The notes beneath the pieces are model-generated. The model did no database searches, was not told the DNA's origin, and saw nothing but the letters and a program-made list of their open reading frames with translations. From NCBI GenBank assembly GCA_039030515.1, contig JBCCEA010000008.1, forward strand, positions 32,001 to 96,000: DNA of 64,000 nucleotides, given 5' to 3'. Made by a program: the position numbers and the translations under genes. The DNA is from Myxococcota bacterium (GTDB taxonomy: Bacteria > Myxococcota_A > Polyangia > Polyangiales > Houyiibacteriaceae). This document shows, piece by piece, positions 41,650 through 52,123 of this stretch. Position 1 is the first letter of the stretch; each line of letters starts with the position of its first letter.

Positions 41650-42722
41650 ACGCACGCATTGTGCTCTTGCCCGGAGACGGAATTGGGCCCGAAATCATAG
41701 CGGCAACCGAAAAGGTTCTTTTGACAGTAGCCGAGCAAATGAACCATAGTTTTTCTTTTGAGCGTTGTCTCATTGGCGGAGCCGCCATCGACGAATTCGG
41801 CGTCGCCCTACCCGAATCAACCCAGGCAGCCTGCATGCAGGCGGATGCGATCCTGCTCGGAGCGGTAGGCGGACCCAAGTGGGACGATCCAAACGCCAAG
41901 GTTCGACCTGAGCAGGGCTTGCTCGGGATTCGCAAAGCGATGGGTCTTTTCGCCAATCTGCGACCGGTAAAGCCCGTCGCTGGACTCGAGTCCGCATCTC
42001 CACTTAAAGCCGAGCGACTCGACGGTGTCGATATTCTCATGGTTCGTGAACTCACCGGAGGAATCTACTTCGGCACGCCCCGCACTCGGGAGAGCCAAAA
42101 TGGAGAACGACGAGCCCTCGACACGATGGTGTATTCGGAAAGCGAGGTCCGTCGCGTAGTACGTTTGGCATGCACCATAGCGATGGGGAGACGCAAACGA
42201 GTCACCTCCGTAGACAAGGCCAACGTGCTCGAATCGTCACGTCTTTGGAGAACTGTTGCTGATGAGGTGGCACGTGAGTTCCCGGAGATCACCCTCCAAC
42301 ATCAGCTGGTCGATTCGGCCGCTATGCAGCTGATCACGAGCCCGTCCAACTTCGATGTCGTTGTGACCGGAAACATGTTTGGAGACATTCTCAGTGACGA
42401 AGCAGCGGTGCTCACCGGAAGCCTAGGACTTTTGCCGAGTGCCTCGCTGGCGGAAGCGCGCTGTGGACTTTACGAACCGATCCACGGATCCGCTCCCGAT
42501 ATCGCGGGCAAGGGAATCGCCAATCCGCTAGGTACGATCCTCAGCGCTGCCATGCTACTGAGACACAGTCTTGAGCTTGAGCCTGCAGCAAAGTGTGTCG
42601 AGTTCGCCGTCGCACAGGTCCTCAAAGAGGGAATCCGAACCGCAGACCTCGGAGGAGACGCAACCACTGCGGCAGTCACCGAAGCAGTCTCCCGCGCAAT
42701 CCAAACGAACACTGCTGCTTAA
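41646..42722 (+). CDS. leuB: 3-isopropylmalate dehydrogenase
   Basis: [46 protein letters not shown]. Confidence 0.97.
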   Translation: MNARIVLLPGDGIGPEIIAATEKVLLTVAEQMNHSFSFERCLIGGAAIDEFGVALPESTQAACMQADAILLGAVGGPKWDDPNAKVRPEQGLLGIRKAMGLFANLRPVKPVAGLESASPLKAERLDGVDILMVRELTGGIYFGTPRTRESQNGERRALDTMVYSESEVRRVVRLACTIAMGRRKRVTSVDKANVLESSRLWRTVADEVAREFPEITLQHQLVDSAAMQLITSPSNFDVVVTGNMFGDILSDEAAVLTGSLGLLPSASLAEARCGLYEPIHGSAPDIAGKGIANPLGTILSAAMLLRHSLELEPAAKCVEFAVAQVLKEGIRTADLGGDATTAAVTEAVSRAIQTNTAA

Positions 42723-43221
42723 CGCCTGCGTCGTAGCTCAGTCGGACCTACTCTAGGGCAGCCCTGTGCGACTTTTTCTTGTGTCACGGCCACAAGGCCG
42801 ATGGCTGTTAGGGCTTGTTCATGTTCGCATGATGGCGAATCAGCAGTTCGACTTATTTGCGACTTTATCATGCTGGTCGCTAAGGCAGTTCAAAACGACG
42901 ATTCGTTCATGAATGGCGTGAACGAGTTGCCAGGCTGAGGATCAGCAGCGGTTGGCACGCGATAACGGCCCGTGCGTGCAGCGACGTGTTGGGCCGGAAT
43001 CAGCTCTGCGCTACGAGGCGCGAACACCGGGGCCATCTGAAACGACAGCGCTGTTGAACGTTGAGAAATGGCTGTAGATGGCACAAGTCGCAGCCGGGAC
43101 AGGACCCATCCTCAAGCGGTCACAAAAGAGTTCCGGAAGACGGAACCTATGGCCCACCGAGCTCGCGCAAAATCACCCGGTCAGTGCTGGAACAAGCCTC
43201 CGTCACCAGGGAATCCCAACG

Positions 43222-46200
43222 ATGCGACATAGACCTTTGTTTTTAATTGTTTTCATCTACATGAAAGGCCCGCTCTTGGCAGAGGCACAGGAGGCGCCGG
43301 AAGACGAAACGTCTACTAGACCGTCAGTTCAACAGACTGCAGACCCGGTACGGATGGCGACGCAGATCGAGCAACTCATTGCGGGAGAGCTCGATCCTAT
43401 GATCGATCCTGCGCAGCTGTTCTCAGCGGCAGTTGAGGATCTTCCAGAGTTGTTCGCGACGAGTGCACCGGAAACTCGCACCAGAGAGACCCGTCCGGGC
43501 CGACATCTTGTCGATGCACGCCGGGCGTTCCTTGCACTTCCAGCCGACGAAAGGCAGCGCGTCTTACAAGAACACGAGATACGTCACGACCGAGCACGAG
43601 CCGATGAGCGACAACAGCGTTCTCTTAGACAAGCACTCGCGGCCACTCTTGCCCAATCCAGACAACTTGCCGCATTCCTTGAAGGAACACTCTCTGCAGA
43701 GGTCGATCCAAGCGCCTTTCTTGTGGTCGATCTCCTAAACGAGCGAGAAGTTGCTCTGAACCAGAAACGACGATCTACGTTCACAAGCCCGGAGCAAGAG
43801 TCTGAAGAGCCTACGGCCGAAGGTCGATCACAGCCGCTTCAACTTCAGCTGCGTACTGCATATCGACAACTCGATCGTCTTCGTGGACGATACGCGGCCC
43901 TATCTGTCGATGCGCGTACGGAGCTTCATCGACGACACGCAGACGCACTTCAGATAGCGTCGCCCAACACCACTATCGTCCGTGCAGAGGCAGAAAGGGC
44001 TGCAGAGCGGGCCGCCTCGGAACGAGAGCAAGCGCTCGAGGATTCCCGCAACGCACGCTCAGAGGCGCTACGCGTTCTGGCGGAGGAACGCGCTTTGCTG
44101 CTTGGAGTGCGCGAAAACCAAGCCCAATTTTCACTGGAGCTCGCACAGCAGCACGAGCTCATGGACGTGAGTCGTGAGGAGGCACTTGGATGGGTGCGAC
44201 GGGTTCGCGATCTTGCAAAAAGGTCGCTCCTGGAGGACGGGCGTCAACAAGACGCTGACCGTCTATATGGCCGTCTGGTCAGCGCCCTGAACGACTCTCG
44301 CTCTGCCTTAGGCCGAAAACTTGAATCCATCAGTTCGAGAGAACGTGCCGCCCCCGGTCCTGCCGCTGCCCCAAATGTCCCCGGTCATATCGACGCCCGA
44401 GACGTCGATATCCTCTACGACGAGCTCCGGACCTCCGAGGCGCGTTTGTCCGTCGAGTCCGAGACCATTCAGTGGGAGCACGCAGAGGTCTTACGAGACT
44501 CAGTCGTGCAAATGAACAAGGCACGGCTGCGTCTTCTTGAAAATCTAACGCCATCCAAGCGGGCGTCGCTGCGTGGATTCGGCGCGGAGGGGATTCGACA
44601 GGCGTCGCGCGAGATGGAGCAAATTGGGCTCGAAATTCGCTTTCATATTCTTGAACTGCCGCGCTTTTTCCAAACGAAGCTCGAGGAGTTACGCTCGTCG
44701 CCCCTGCCCGTGCTTCTTTCCCTCCTGCAGTTCGTCTTCTTGGTGGTGCTTTTCCGCGCCTGGCGGCGGCGCGCCGATGGCGTTCTCGACGAAGCCTACA
44801 AGCACTATGATCAAAAGCGGCTGCATTCTGTGGCGAAGCGCGTACCGGCGGTTCTTTTCTGGTACTTGAAACAGCTGCGTCGACCGGTCGAATGGCTTGC
44901 ATTCGCTGCGGTGCTGGTGGGTATTGTAGCGGACATTGGCGACCTTCCCGAGATCGAATACGTGTGGATTGTGGTGCTGTGGACGCTTGTGGGCAGCCTA
45001 GTCGTTCGCCTCGTCAATGCCGTCGCTGGACGCCAAAGCCTTAAGGACGCGTCCGCGACGCTTCGAATCCGCTCGCTTCGAGTAGTCGGCGTGACCGTAG
45101 TGCTTCTCGGGCTGGTGCTTTCTCTTACAGAGTCAAGCGTGGGCCAAGGGGCCATCTACAACTGGGTGCTAAGTACCTGTTGGGTTCTCGCTGTTCCGAT
45201 CGCGCTGTTGCTAGTTTACTGGTGGCGCCCCACGGTGCTCGCTCGCGCTCGTTCCAAGCACAACCCCTCGCCAGTCATCCGATGGGTTGCGTCCAAAGAT
45301 CGAGGACTTGTCAGTTTCTCGGCTGCGGCGATTGGCGGTGTTTCGTTGCTTTTCGATGGCCTCAAACGCTACGCGCTTCGACAAGCAGCCAATTTCACCG
45401 TGATGCAGGGTTTACTCGCATACCTCTTTCGCCGAGAGGTTGAGAAACAGGCGGAGATTCGAGGGGCAGGGGCCAGCTATGAGCCACTCGACGATGCACC
45501 GTATTCGGCACTCGGAACCGACGTTGCCTCGAGCCATCTTGTGGAAAGAATCATGGCAAATGAAGTTAACGTGGTTCGCGAGCTCATCAAAGGCGGTAGT
45601 TGCGCCACCATCGCGGTGGTAGGTGAGCGCGGTCTAGGAAAGACTACATTCTTTGATCGGGCGACTGCACACGTCAGCGCAAACGAGGTCATTCGCATCA
45701 GCTGCCAGCCTGGCGGATTTGAGGTCGTTCTCGGCCAGCTGGCTGATGCGATGTGCCTTGAGGGTACCGTATCCGAGGCTCGGTTGGTCGAAGCGGTCCG
45801 AATTCGCTCTCCCCGCGTCGTCGCTATCGATGACGCGCATCGTCTCGTGCGCCCCTTGATTGGAGGCCTGAGAGATATCGATCGGCTCACCGACCTCGCA
45901 CGAGCCGTGGGAGGCACGACCGCATGGATGCTCGCGGTCGACACGCCAGCTTGGCAGTACCTCCGGCGGGCCCGAGGAGATCGCGCCATCTTCGACGACG
46001 TCATTCGTCTCACCCGCTGGAAAGAAAAAGACATCCGAGAACTCGTCCAAAACAGGTCTACCCAGGCGGGTCTAACCCCGCGCTACGACGACCTGCTTGT
46101 CCCAAGAGAAATCGATGCATCGGGATACGGTACCGAACGGGATGATACGGAGCGCGACTTCATTCGAATCCTGTGTGACTATACAGACGGTAATCCAGCA

Positions 46201-46533
46201 GTTGCGCTGCATTTCTTCAGAGAGTCTCTGAGCGTTCGAGACGAAGAGGTTTATGTTCGATTGTTCAAGCGACCTCCCATGACAGAGCTCGAAAATCTAC
46301 CCTCGAGTGTGTACTTTGTGTTGCGTTCGATCGTGCAGTTGGATTTGGCCTCGGAAGCGGACGTGGTTTCGTGCACTCACCTTCACCCATCGGACGTTGC
46401 CGGCGCCTTACGGTCTGCTCGCAGCCGGAGTTACATCGAAGAGGTGGACAATCGCGTGCAGGTGTCGATCGGCTGGTTCCGAGCTGTGACCTCCGTCCTC
46501 AGACGGCAACATTTACTGATGGAAACGCCATGA
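43222..46533 (+). CDS. large multi-pass membrane protein with a C-terminal AAA+/STAND-like P-loop NTPase
   Basis: Signal-like N-terminus, coiled coils, about six TM helices, Walker A GERGLGKT, Walker B VVAIDDAH, GNP motif, wHTH-like end. Confidence 0.8.
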   Translation: MRHRPLFLIVFIYMKGPLLAEAQEAPEDETSTRPSVQQTADPVRMATQIEQLIAGELDPMIDPAQLFSAAVEDLPELFATSAPETRTRETRPGRHLVDARRAFLALPADERQRVLQEHEIRHDRARADERQQRSLRQALAATLAQSRQLAAFLEGTLSAEVDPSAFLVVDLLNEREVALNQKRRSTFTSPEQESEEPTAEGRSQPLQLQLRTAYRQLDRLRGRYAALSVDARTELHRRHADALQIASPNTTIVRAEAERAAERAASEREQALEDSRNARSEALRVLAEERALLLGVRENQAQFSLELAQQHELMDVSREEALGWVRRVRDLAKRSLLEDGRQQDADRLYGRLVSALNDSRSALGRKLESISSRERAAPGPAAAPNVPGHIDARDVDILYDELRTSEARLSVESETIQWEHAEVLRDSVVQMNKARLRLLENLTPSKRASLRGFGAEGIRQASREMEQIGLEIRFHILELPRFFQTKLEELRSSPLPVLLSLLQFVFLVVLFRAWRRRADGVLDEAYKHYDQKRLHSVAKRVPAVLFWYLKQLRRPVEWLAFAAVLVGIVADIGDLPEIEYVWIVVLWTLVGSLVVRLVNAVAGRQSLKDASATLRIRSLRVVGVTVVLLGLVLSLTESSVGQGAIYNWVLSTCWVLAVPIALLLVYWWRPTVLARARSKHNPSPVIRWVASKDRGLVSFSAAAIGGVSLLFDGLKRYALRQAANFTVMQGLLAYLFRREVEKQAEIRGAGASYEPLDDAPYSALGTDVASSHLVERIMANEVNVVRELIKGGSCATIAVVGERGLGKTTFFDRATAHVSANEVIRISCQPGGFEVVLGQLADAMCLEGTVSEARLVEAVRIRSPRVVAIDDAHRLVRPLIGGLRDIDRLTDLARAVGGTTAWMLAVDTPAWQYLRRARGDRAIFDDVIRLTRWKEKDIRELVQNRSTQAGLTPRYDDLLVPREIDASGYGTERDDTERDFIRILCDYTDGNPAVALHFFRESLSVRDEEVYVRLFKRPPMTELENLPSSVYFVLRSIVQLDLASEADVVSCTHLHPSDVAGALRSARSRSYIEEVDNRVQVSIGWFRAVTSVLRRQHLLMETP

Positions 46534-47477
46534 AGTCTCGTTTTCTAGGTTTCTGCACCATCACTGTCGCATGGGTTATTCCCACCTTGACGTCAGCTCA
46601 GGACACCAACCCCGAAGCGATCTCTCAACTTGCACGCTTGATTCGTTGGAGTGGCGTGGTCACCTCGCTTTTCTTGGTGCTCGCGGTCTGGTTCGGCCTA
46701 CGAATCTCCAAAAACTTTTTCGAGAGGATGAGCAAACAGTTTCCTGCGCGTCGTCTCTTCCTTCAGAAAGTTGCGACGATTCTTCAATTCGTCGTCTACG
46801 TGATGACTGCATCGGCCGTCATCGTGCTCAGCGTTCGGGTCGACCAAACCGTCCTCGCTCTGATCGGTGGCACACTGGCGGTGTCGATCGGTTTCGCTAT
46901 TCGCGATGTAGTGGCATCGTTTATCGCCGGTATCATGATTATGGTGGATCGCCCGTTTCAGGTGGGAGATCGCGTTTCTTTCGGTGGTGAGTACGGTGAT
47001 ATTACCGCGATTGGTCTCCGCTCTGTCCGCATGCAGACCCTCGATGACAACACGGTCACGATACCAAACAATAAGTTCATCACAGACATCACTTCCTGCG
47101 GAAACTACGGTGCACTCGATATGCAGATCGTGATGGACTTCTATATTGGGGTCGATCAGGACATCGGTGAGGCACGGAACGTCGCAACCGAAGCGGCACT
47201 CACGAGCCGGTATATTCATCTTCCCAAACCGGTAGTCGTGCTGGTCAACCAGGTGATTCAGGGCAACTACGTCGCTGTCCGACTTCGCCTCAAAGCGTAC
47301 GTGCTGGACACACGTTATGAGAAAGCCTTCGAGACCGACGTCAACCTGCGAGTAATGAAAACCTTTTGCGAGCGTGGAATTCACCCCCCTGCAATCCTGC
47401 ATCGAATGACCGCCATCGATATCCAACCGTCGCTCATGGCCTTGGCAACACCGCCAGAAAAGACCCAGTCCAATTGA
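46530..47477 (+). CDS. MscS-family mechanosensitive channel
   Basis: AVSIGFAIRD..AGI..DRPFQVGD..IGLRS..IPN. ATGA overlap with the ATPase gene. Confidence 0.9.
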   Translation: MKSRFLGFCTITVAWVIPTLTSAQDTNPEAISQLARLIRWSGVVTSLFLVLAVWFGLRISKNFFERMSKQFPARRLFLQKVATILQFVVYVMTASAVIVLSVRVDQTVLALIGGTLAVSIGFAIRDVVASFIAGIMIMVDRPFQVGDRVSFGGEYGDITAIGLRSVRMQTLDDNTVTIPNNKFITDITSCGNYGALDMQIVMDFYIGVDQDIGEARNVATEAALTSRYIHLPKPVVVLVNQVIQGNYVAVRLRLKAYVLDTRYEKAFETDVNLRVMKTFCERGIHPPAILHRMTAIDIQPSLMALATPPEKTQSN

Positions 47478-47479
47478 GC

Positions 47480-48258
47480 TCGCAGCATGGCCCAAAAGTT
47501 GTGACCGCGGTTGTCCGCCTCGTGTCCCTTAGGTCGACTAGCATTGGCTTTTCGTCAAGCGCACGAACCGAATCGACCCGACCGTAACGCCAATCCTCAG
47601 TCAATTCATTCGGTGGTCGGTACTCGTCGCGGCCACGGTGGCGGCACTGGACAAACTGGGCGTCGAGACCTCGAGCGTGCTCGCTTTCCTCGGCGCAGTA
47701 GGCCTTGCGGTGGGCTTGGCTCTCAAAGAGACACTCGGCGACGCTGCATCCGGAATCATGCTCTTAGCGCGTCGCCCCTTCGTGGTCGGAGACAGCGTCG
47801 ACATTGGAGGAAACGTCGGGACCATCGCCGGGCTAGACGTCTTCGAGACGGAGCTCATCAGGACAGACGGCGTTCCGGTCATTATTCCGAACAGCAAAAT
47901 CAGATCTGGAGAAATCCGTAATTTCACGAGAGCAAGGCGTCGTCGTGCAGACCTTCACGTACGGGTGAGTTACGATGAGGATCTGGGGCGGGCGATCGAA
48001 GTGATACATGACGCCATTCGGAGGGCTCCGACGGTGCTGGAAGAGCCCACTCCTTTAGTGGACGCGCAGGAGCTCGGCGAAAATGCGGTTCGGCTTCTGG
48101 TAAGAGTTTGGACCTCCCCCGACGAACACATCGAAAAAACTCTTCAGCTAACTCGACAAATCAAGGATCGTCTCGAGGAAGCCGGCTTTGCACCACCGAT
48201 CCCTCGGCGTGAGATTCGAGTGATCGAAGAAGGAGCGATTCGAACAAACGTCGACTGA
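47480..48258 (+). pseudogene. second MscS-family gene with a disrupted 5' end
   Basis: Intact core (AVGLAL..RPFVVGD..IPN) open from 47542, with in-frame TAGs at 47530 and 47539. N-terminal-like QHGPKVVTAVV lies in another frame. Confidence 0.6.
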
Positions 48259-48696
48259 TGAGGCGTGGTGTTGCCATGGTCCTCTCCGAACCGTTCTTCG
48301 CGTTACTGAGGAAGGATGGCTCACACGCGTGCGCGATTCGAGGCTCCGGGAAGGGATTACCACCGTCACTGACGACGTTCATGGCTGTCGCAATCCCCTA
48401 CGACGCCAGGCAGACCATCGTCTTGTCAGTCTGTAGCGATCCGAGAGGGCGTTCATCGCTTCCCCATAAACCGTGACCGTTCGGCAATCTCCAAGCTCGA
48501 GTCATTTGGTCAATTCTAGAACGTTCCCCGTTGGTTCCTTGGAGACATCACTTGTGGGACTCATCTCCTCACAAGCTTCTCCTGTCCACTGAAGATCCTA
48601 ACAGTTTGGTCCATCTCCGGTCTGAGTTTGACTCGTTATCTTCTCACCCCTATCGCCAAATAGGGACTTGGTACGAAGTATGCTTCTAAGCGCGAT

Positions 48697-49716
48697 GTGG
48701 GCGATCAAGAGAAATGCATCACGACGCGAAACTCCGTCGACAAAGAGACCGAAAACCTCGTTCCAATGCGAACAAGTATGGTGTCAAGCACTGCAAGCCT
48801 ACTGCAAGGAGTCAAAACACCCGCGGCTCGCGAGTGTTCGCGAAGCCACAGTCATCTCCGAAGAAAGAGGGTCAAGCCTCCCTGTCAGCTTGGAGATACT
48901 CTGGCCAAACGGTACCGCCTCGATATGCTGATCGGCCAGGGTGGCACAGCCACCATCTACGAAGCCCTAGACCTGCAACTGGAGCGCTATGTTGCACTAA
49001 AGGTACGCAGAAAGGACACCACAGACTACGTTTCCGCACTCAAAAAAGAAGCTTACCATATGCTCCTGCTGAATCACCCGAACGTATTGAAATGCTATCA
49101 ATACGATCAATGGAGAGGAGTGGAGTACCTCGTACTAGAAAGAATCCGGGGTAAGGATGCTCGTCAAAAGATGAAAGAGAGCCCTGATGGCCAATTGGGC
49201 GTCCATGATGCTGCATCTATCGGTATTCAAATACTTCAGGCGCTTTCACACATACACCAAGAGGGCGTGGTCCATGGGGATGTCAAACCTCGCAACATCC
49301 TCATCGATACATATGGTGATGCGACGCTATGTGATTTCGGAGCTTCTCAAACGACGAAGGAAGGTGCTGGTGAGAAGCTTATTTGCACTGCAGGATACGT
49401 GAGTCCAGAACGTCTCAGAGGGCACGGCTCTGACATCCGAAGCGATCTATATTCACTTGGCATGACAATTTTTTCACTGGCCAATGGTGCGCCGGCATTT
49501 GGTAGGGATCCTGAGCAAGCGATCGAGGGAAACTTAAACAAAAGACCTCCGCTTCGTTCCGCCTTGCCACCGCCGCTTCACAAGGTCGTTCGAAAATCCT
49601 TGGCTAAGTCACCACACGATCGCTATCAAACTGCAAAGCAAATGGAAGCCGCCGTCGTTCGAGCGCTAGATCGCATCAGAGTCCGGCAGCGCCTATCGCC
49701 GCTCCAACTCCTCTAA
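48697..49716 (+). CDS. Ser/Thr protein kinase (soluble); start uncertain
   Basis: GQGGTA, VALK, HGDVKPRN, DFG, YVSPE, SDLYSLG. Confidence 0.88.
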   Translation: MGDQEKCITTRNSVDKETENLVPMRTSMVSSTASLLQGVKTPAARECSRSHSHLRRKRVKPPCQLGDTLAKRYRLDMLIGQGGTATIYEALDLQLERYVALKVRRKDTTDYVSALKKEAYHMLLLNHPNVLKCYQYDQWRGVEYLVLERIRGKDARQKMKESPDGQLGVHDAASIGIQILQALSHIHQEGVVHGDVKPRNILIDTYGDATLCDFGASQTTKEGAGEKLICTAGYVSPERLRGHGSDIRSDLYSLGMTIFSLANGAPAFGRDPEQAIEGNLNKRPPLRSALPPPLHKVVRKSLAKSPHDRYQTAKQMEAAVVRALDRIRVRQRLSPLQLL

Positions 49717-50832
49717 CCGCACCGCAAAATCTGCTATAAACAGCAGTGAAAAAAGCGCATCCAGAGAGGAAACAGCACCATTAGACAGCGCCCTCGACTC
49801 CACTTCACGAAAGCGAGTTAGGCGCTCTGCGGAGATTCCCGTACGAAGAGCCGCAAGCGCAGCCGCCTCTGCGGCGCGTGTTCCTGGAAAAGCTGTGGCC
49901 AATCGGGATGACAACGCTCGAAAAGCCGAGCCGGATCGCCTCACAGCCCCCTGCCAGTCATGGGCGTCTACCATTGTCTCTACGTCGATGACTGCCAAGC
50001 GAGCATCGGGAGCATCGACCAAATGACTGAGGCTACGGGTGGGTGGTGGCGCTGCCTCTGGGGCTTCAGGCCGCTTTGCCAACGTGTCGACCACGTCGAC
50101 CAAATCCGCAAAAGACTGAACCACCGGGGTTGAATCGGGCTCTGGCAGTGAACTCGGCTCCGGCGGAGAAGACACCTCGACCTCTGGCAGCTCAGTCTCG
50201 GTAGTGACGGCTGGAACGGATTGGCTCGACTCTTGGCGCTTCAATAAGTTCTTACGCCGTAAATCGCGTAAAACATCGGTCGTGATCGCGGTCATCGCCT
50301 CCATCACGCCCACGCCCTTGGTGGCCACCGTCTCGAAGGAGGGCGCTTGGTAGTGGTTCAAAGCCGACTCTAGTTCGCCCACCGAGGTGGTGTTGTTCAT
50401 ATCGCGCTTATTCCACTGGAATATCAGAGGCACTTCCGAAAGCAGCAATCCCTGCTCGCGAATATTTTCCTCGAGATTCTCAAGACTCTCTAGATTCGCT
50501 TCAAATCGACTTGCTTGCGAGTCGGCTACAAAAACAACGCCATCCGATCCGGTAAGCACCAACTTTCGAGTCGAGTTGTAATGAACCTGGCCCGGAACGG
50601 TGTAGAGCTGCATTCTTACGGAAAAGCCACCAAACTTCGGTAGCTTGATCGGCAAAAAATCGAAGTAAAGGGTGCGGTCGGCTCCAGTGGCCAGAGAGAC
50701 CAGTTGTCCACGGGACTCAGGCTTTAGGCAGTGGTGGATGAACTGCAGGGAGCTGGTTTTGCCCCCAAGACCAGGACCGTAGTAGACGACCTTGATCGCC
50801 ACCTCGCGCTTGAACGCGTTGACGACCGACAC
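49693..50832 (-). CDS. MglA-like small GTPase with C-terminal extension
   Basis: KVVYYGPGLGGKT, DRTLYFDFLP, LYTVPGQVHY, NKRD, plus ~190 extra aa. Confidence 0.88.
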   Translation of the reverse strand: MSVVNAFKREVAIKVVYYGPGLGGKTSSLQFIHHCLKPESRGQLVSLATGADRTLYFDFLPIKLPKFGGFSVRMQLYTVPGQVHYNSTRKLVLTGSDGVVFVADSQASRFEANLESLENLEENIREQGLLLSEVPLIFQWNKRDMNNTTSVGELESALNHYQAPSFETVATKGVGVMEAMTAITTDVLRDLRRKNLLKRQESSQSVPAVTTETELPEVEVSSPPEPSSLPEPDSTPVVQSFADLVDVVDTLAKRPEAPEAAPPPTRSLSHLVDAPDARLAVIDVETMVDAHDWQGAVRRSGSAFRALSSRLATAFPGTRAAEAAALAALRTGISAERLTRFREVESRALSNGAVSSLDALFSLLFIADFAVRLEELERR

Positions 50833-50884
50833 GCTTTTTAGCGTACCACGAGGAAGTCATTGCTGAACTGAAAAACTCATCTTG

Positions 50885-52003
50885 TCACTGGCTGAACGAA
50901 ACCAAGCCTACATGATGCAATTTCTTTAATGTTCTGAGGGTTTCAAGCTCGCTAAGGGGGGTCATCACCGTAAGCGTGCTGACATCACGTATCCCGTCGA
51001 TCCGGGAGAGCAAAAACTGCTCACGAGGGGTGATGGTCAGGGAATGAAGCGATCGGAACGCCATTCGCGCTTGCGGAACTCTATGCGGAGCGAACTGTGC
51101 GTAAAGCTCGCGAAGATGCTCCTCCTTGGCGCGTCGCAGTAAAGATCGTGCCCCCTGATGAAAAGGATCGAGATCCAAGGCACTTCGCACGAGCGAGGCA
51201 GCTTCATCGAACTGCGCCGCATCAAACATCGTCGTCGCCGTAACCACGAGCATATCGACTGGGCTGCGTTCCTCGTCGTTGCCGATCACTTCCGGAGCTA
51301 CGTCGACACCAACCAGTCCATTTCGCCAGGCGCGATAGAGCTGCTCCATGATCTCCACCCGACTGTGTGGAATCCGGAGGCATAGATCACCAAGGGTAAG
51401 AGGCTCTCCGGCATCGAAAAGCACATCAAGAATGGCCATCTTGGGAGCACGACCGAGAGCGTATACCAAGGTATAATCCGTTGGAAGCAGCTCTCGAACG
51501 CGCTGCCACTCATCTAGGCGCTGCATGCCTTCCATCAGTATCTCACGGACTTCAAAGTGTGGTTCAAGCCGGCGCGTCGGCGTAAGATCGCCAAGTAGGG
51601 ATGCCTCAGCATCCTCAGAAAAGATAAAGCGTCCTTCATGCCAAAAGAAAAGCTGCATGATGCAAGACTTCGCCTGATCACGCACTGCTGAGGCAATATC
51701 CTCTATGGAGAATAAATTCTCATCGAGAAGATATTCACGCAGAGTCCGGCCACTTTGAGCCGCTTCACTACTCAGCACATCCAAACGCTCGTCATCAAGA
51801 AGTTCCGACCGCAGCAGCGCCCGACCCAAATCGACAACTCTCGCATCATCGCTGGCGATACCGCTCACGGCACCTTCATCAAATCGCAGGTACCGCTCCT
51901 CAAACTCGAGAACAAGGGTGAGCGTGCCGGTCTTTCGCGACTCACCCAGCCACTGCAGGAGATCGACAAGTGGCATGGTAGTGAAGGTCCCGGAGAGGCC
52001 CAT
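50885..52003 (-). CDS. DUF4388 (PATAN-like) domain protein with TPR
   Basis: LSGTF..LVDLLQWL..RKTGTL, LFFWHEGRF, LMEGMQRLDEW, LSRIDG. Confidence 0.82.
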   Translation of the reverse strand: MGLSGTFTTMPLVDLLQWLGESRKTGTLTLVLEFEERYLRFDEGAVSGIASDDARVVDLGRALLRSELLDDERLDVLSSEAAQSGRTLREYLLDENLFSIEDIASAVRDQAKSCIMQLFFWHEGRFIFSEDAEASLLGDLTPTRRLEPHFEVREILMEGMQRLDEWQRVRELLPTDYTLVYALGRAPKMAILDVLFDAGEPLTLGDLCLRIPHSRVEIMEQLYRAWRNGLVGVDVAPEVIGNDEERSPVDMLVVTATTMFDAAQFDEAASLVRSALDLDPFHQGARSLLRRAKEEHLRELYAQFAPHRVPQARMAFRSLHSLTITPREQFLLSRIDGIRDVSTLTVMTPLSELETLRTLKKLHHVGLVSFSQ

Positions 52004-52123
52004 AACTTAACATAGTAACGCAAACCCGGAAAAATCGAGTTCCGGAAACGCATCTTTACTCGACAACGAGCCACTCGCTGAAATTGGCACGCTGCCTCAA
52101 GCCTCTAAGCCTGCGCGGCATCG

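Noticed and set aside
42728..42760. tRNA-like 5' fragment GCGTCGTAGCTCAGTCGGA
   Set aside because: No anticodon arm, T-arm (GTTCRA) or matching acceptor stem follows.
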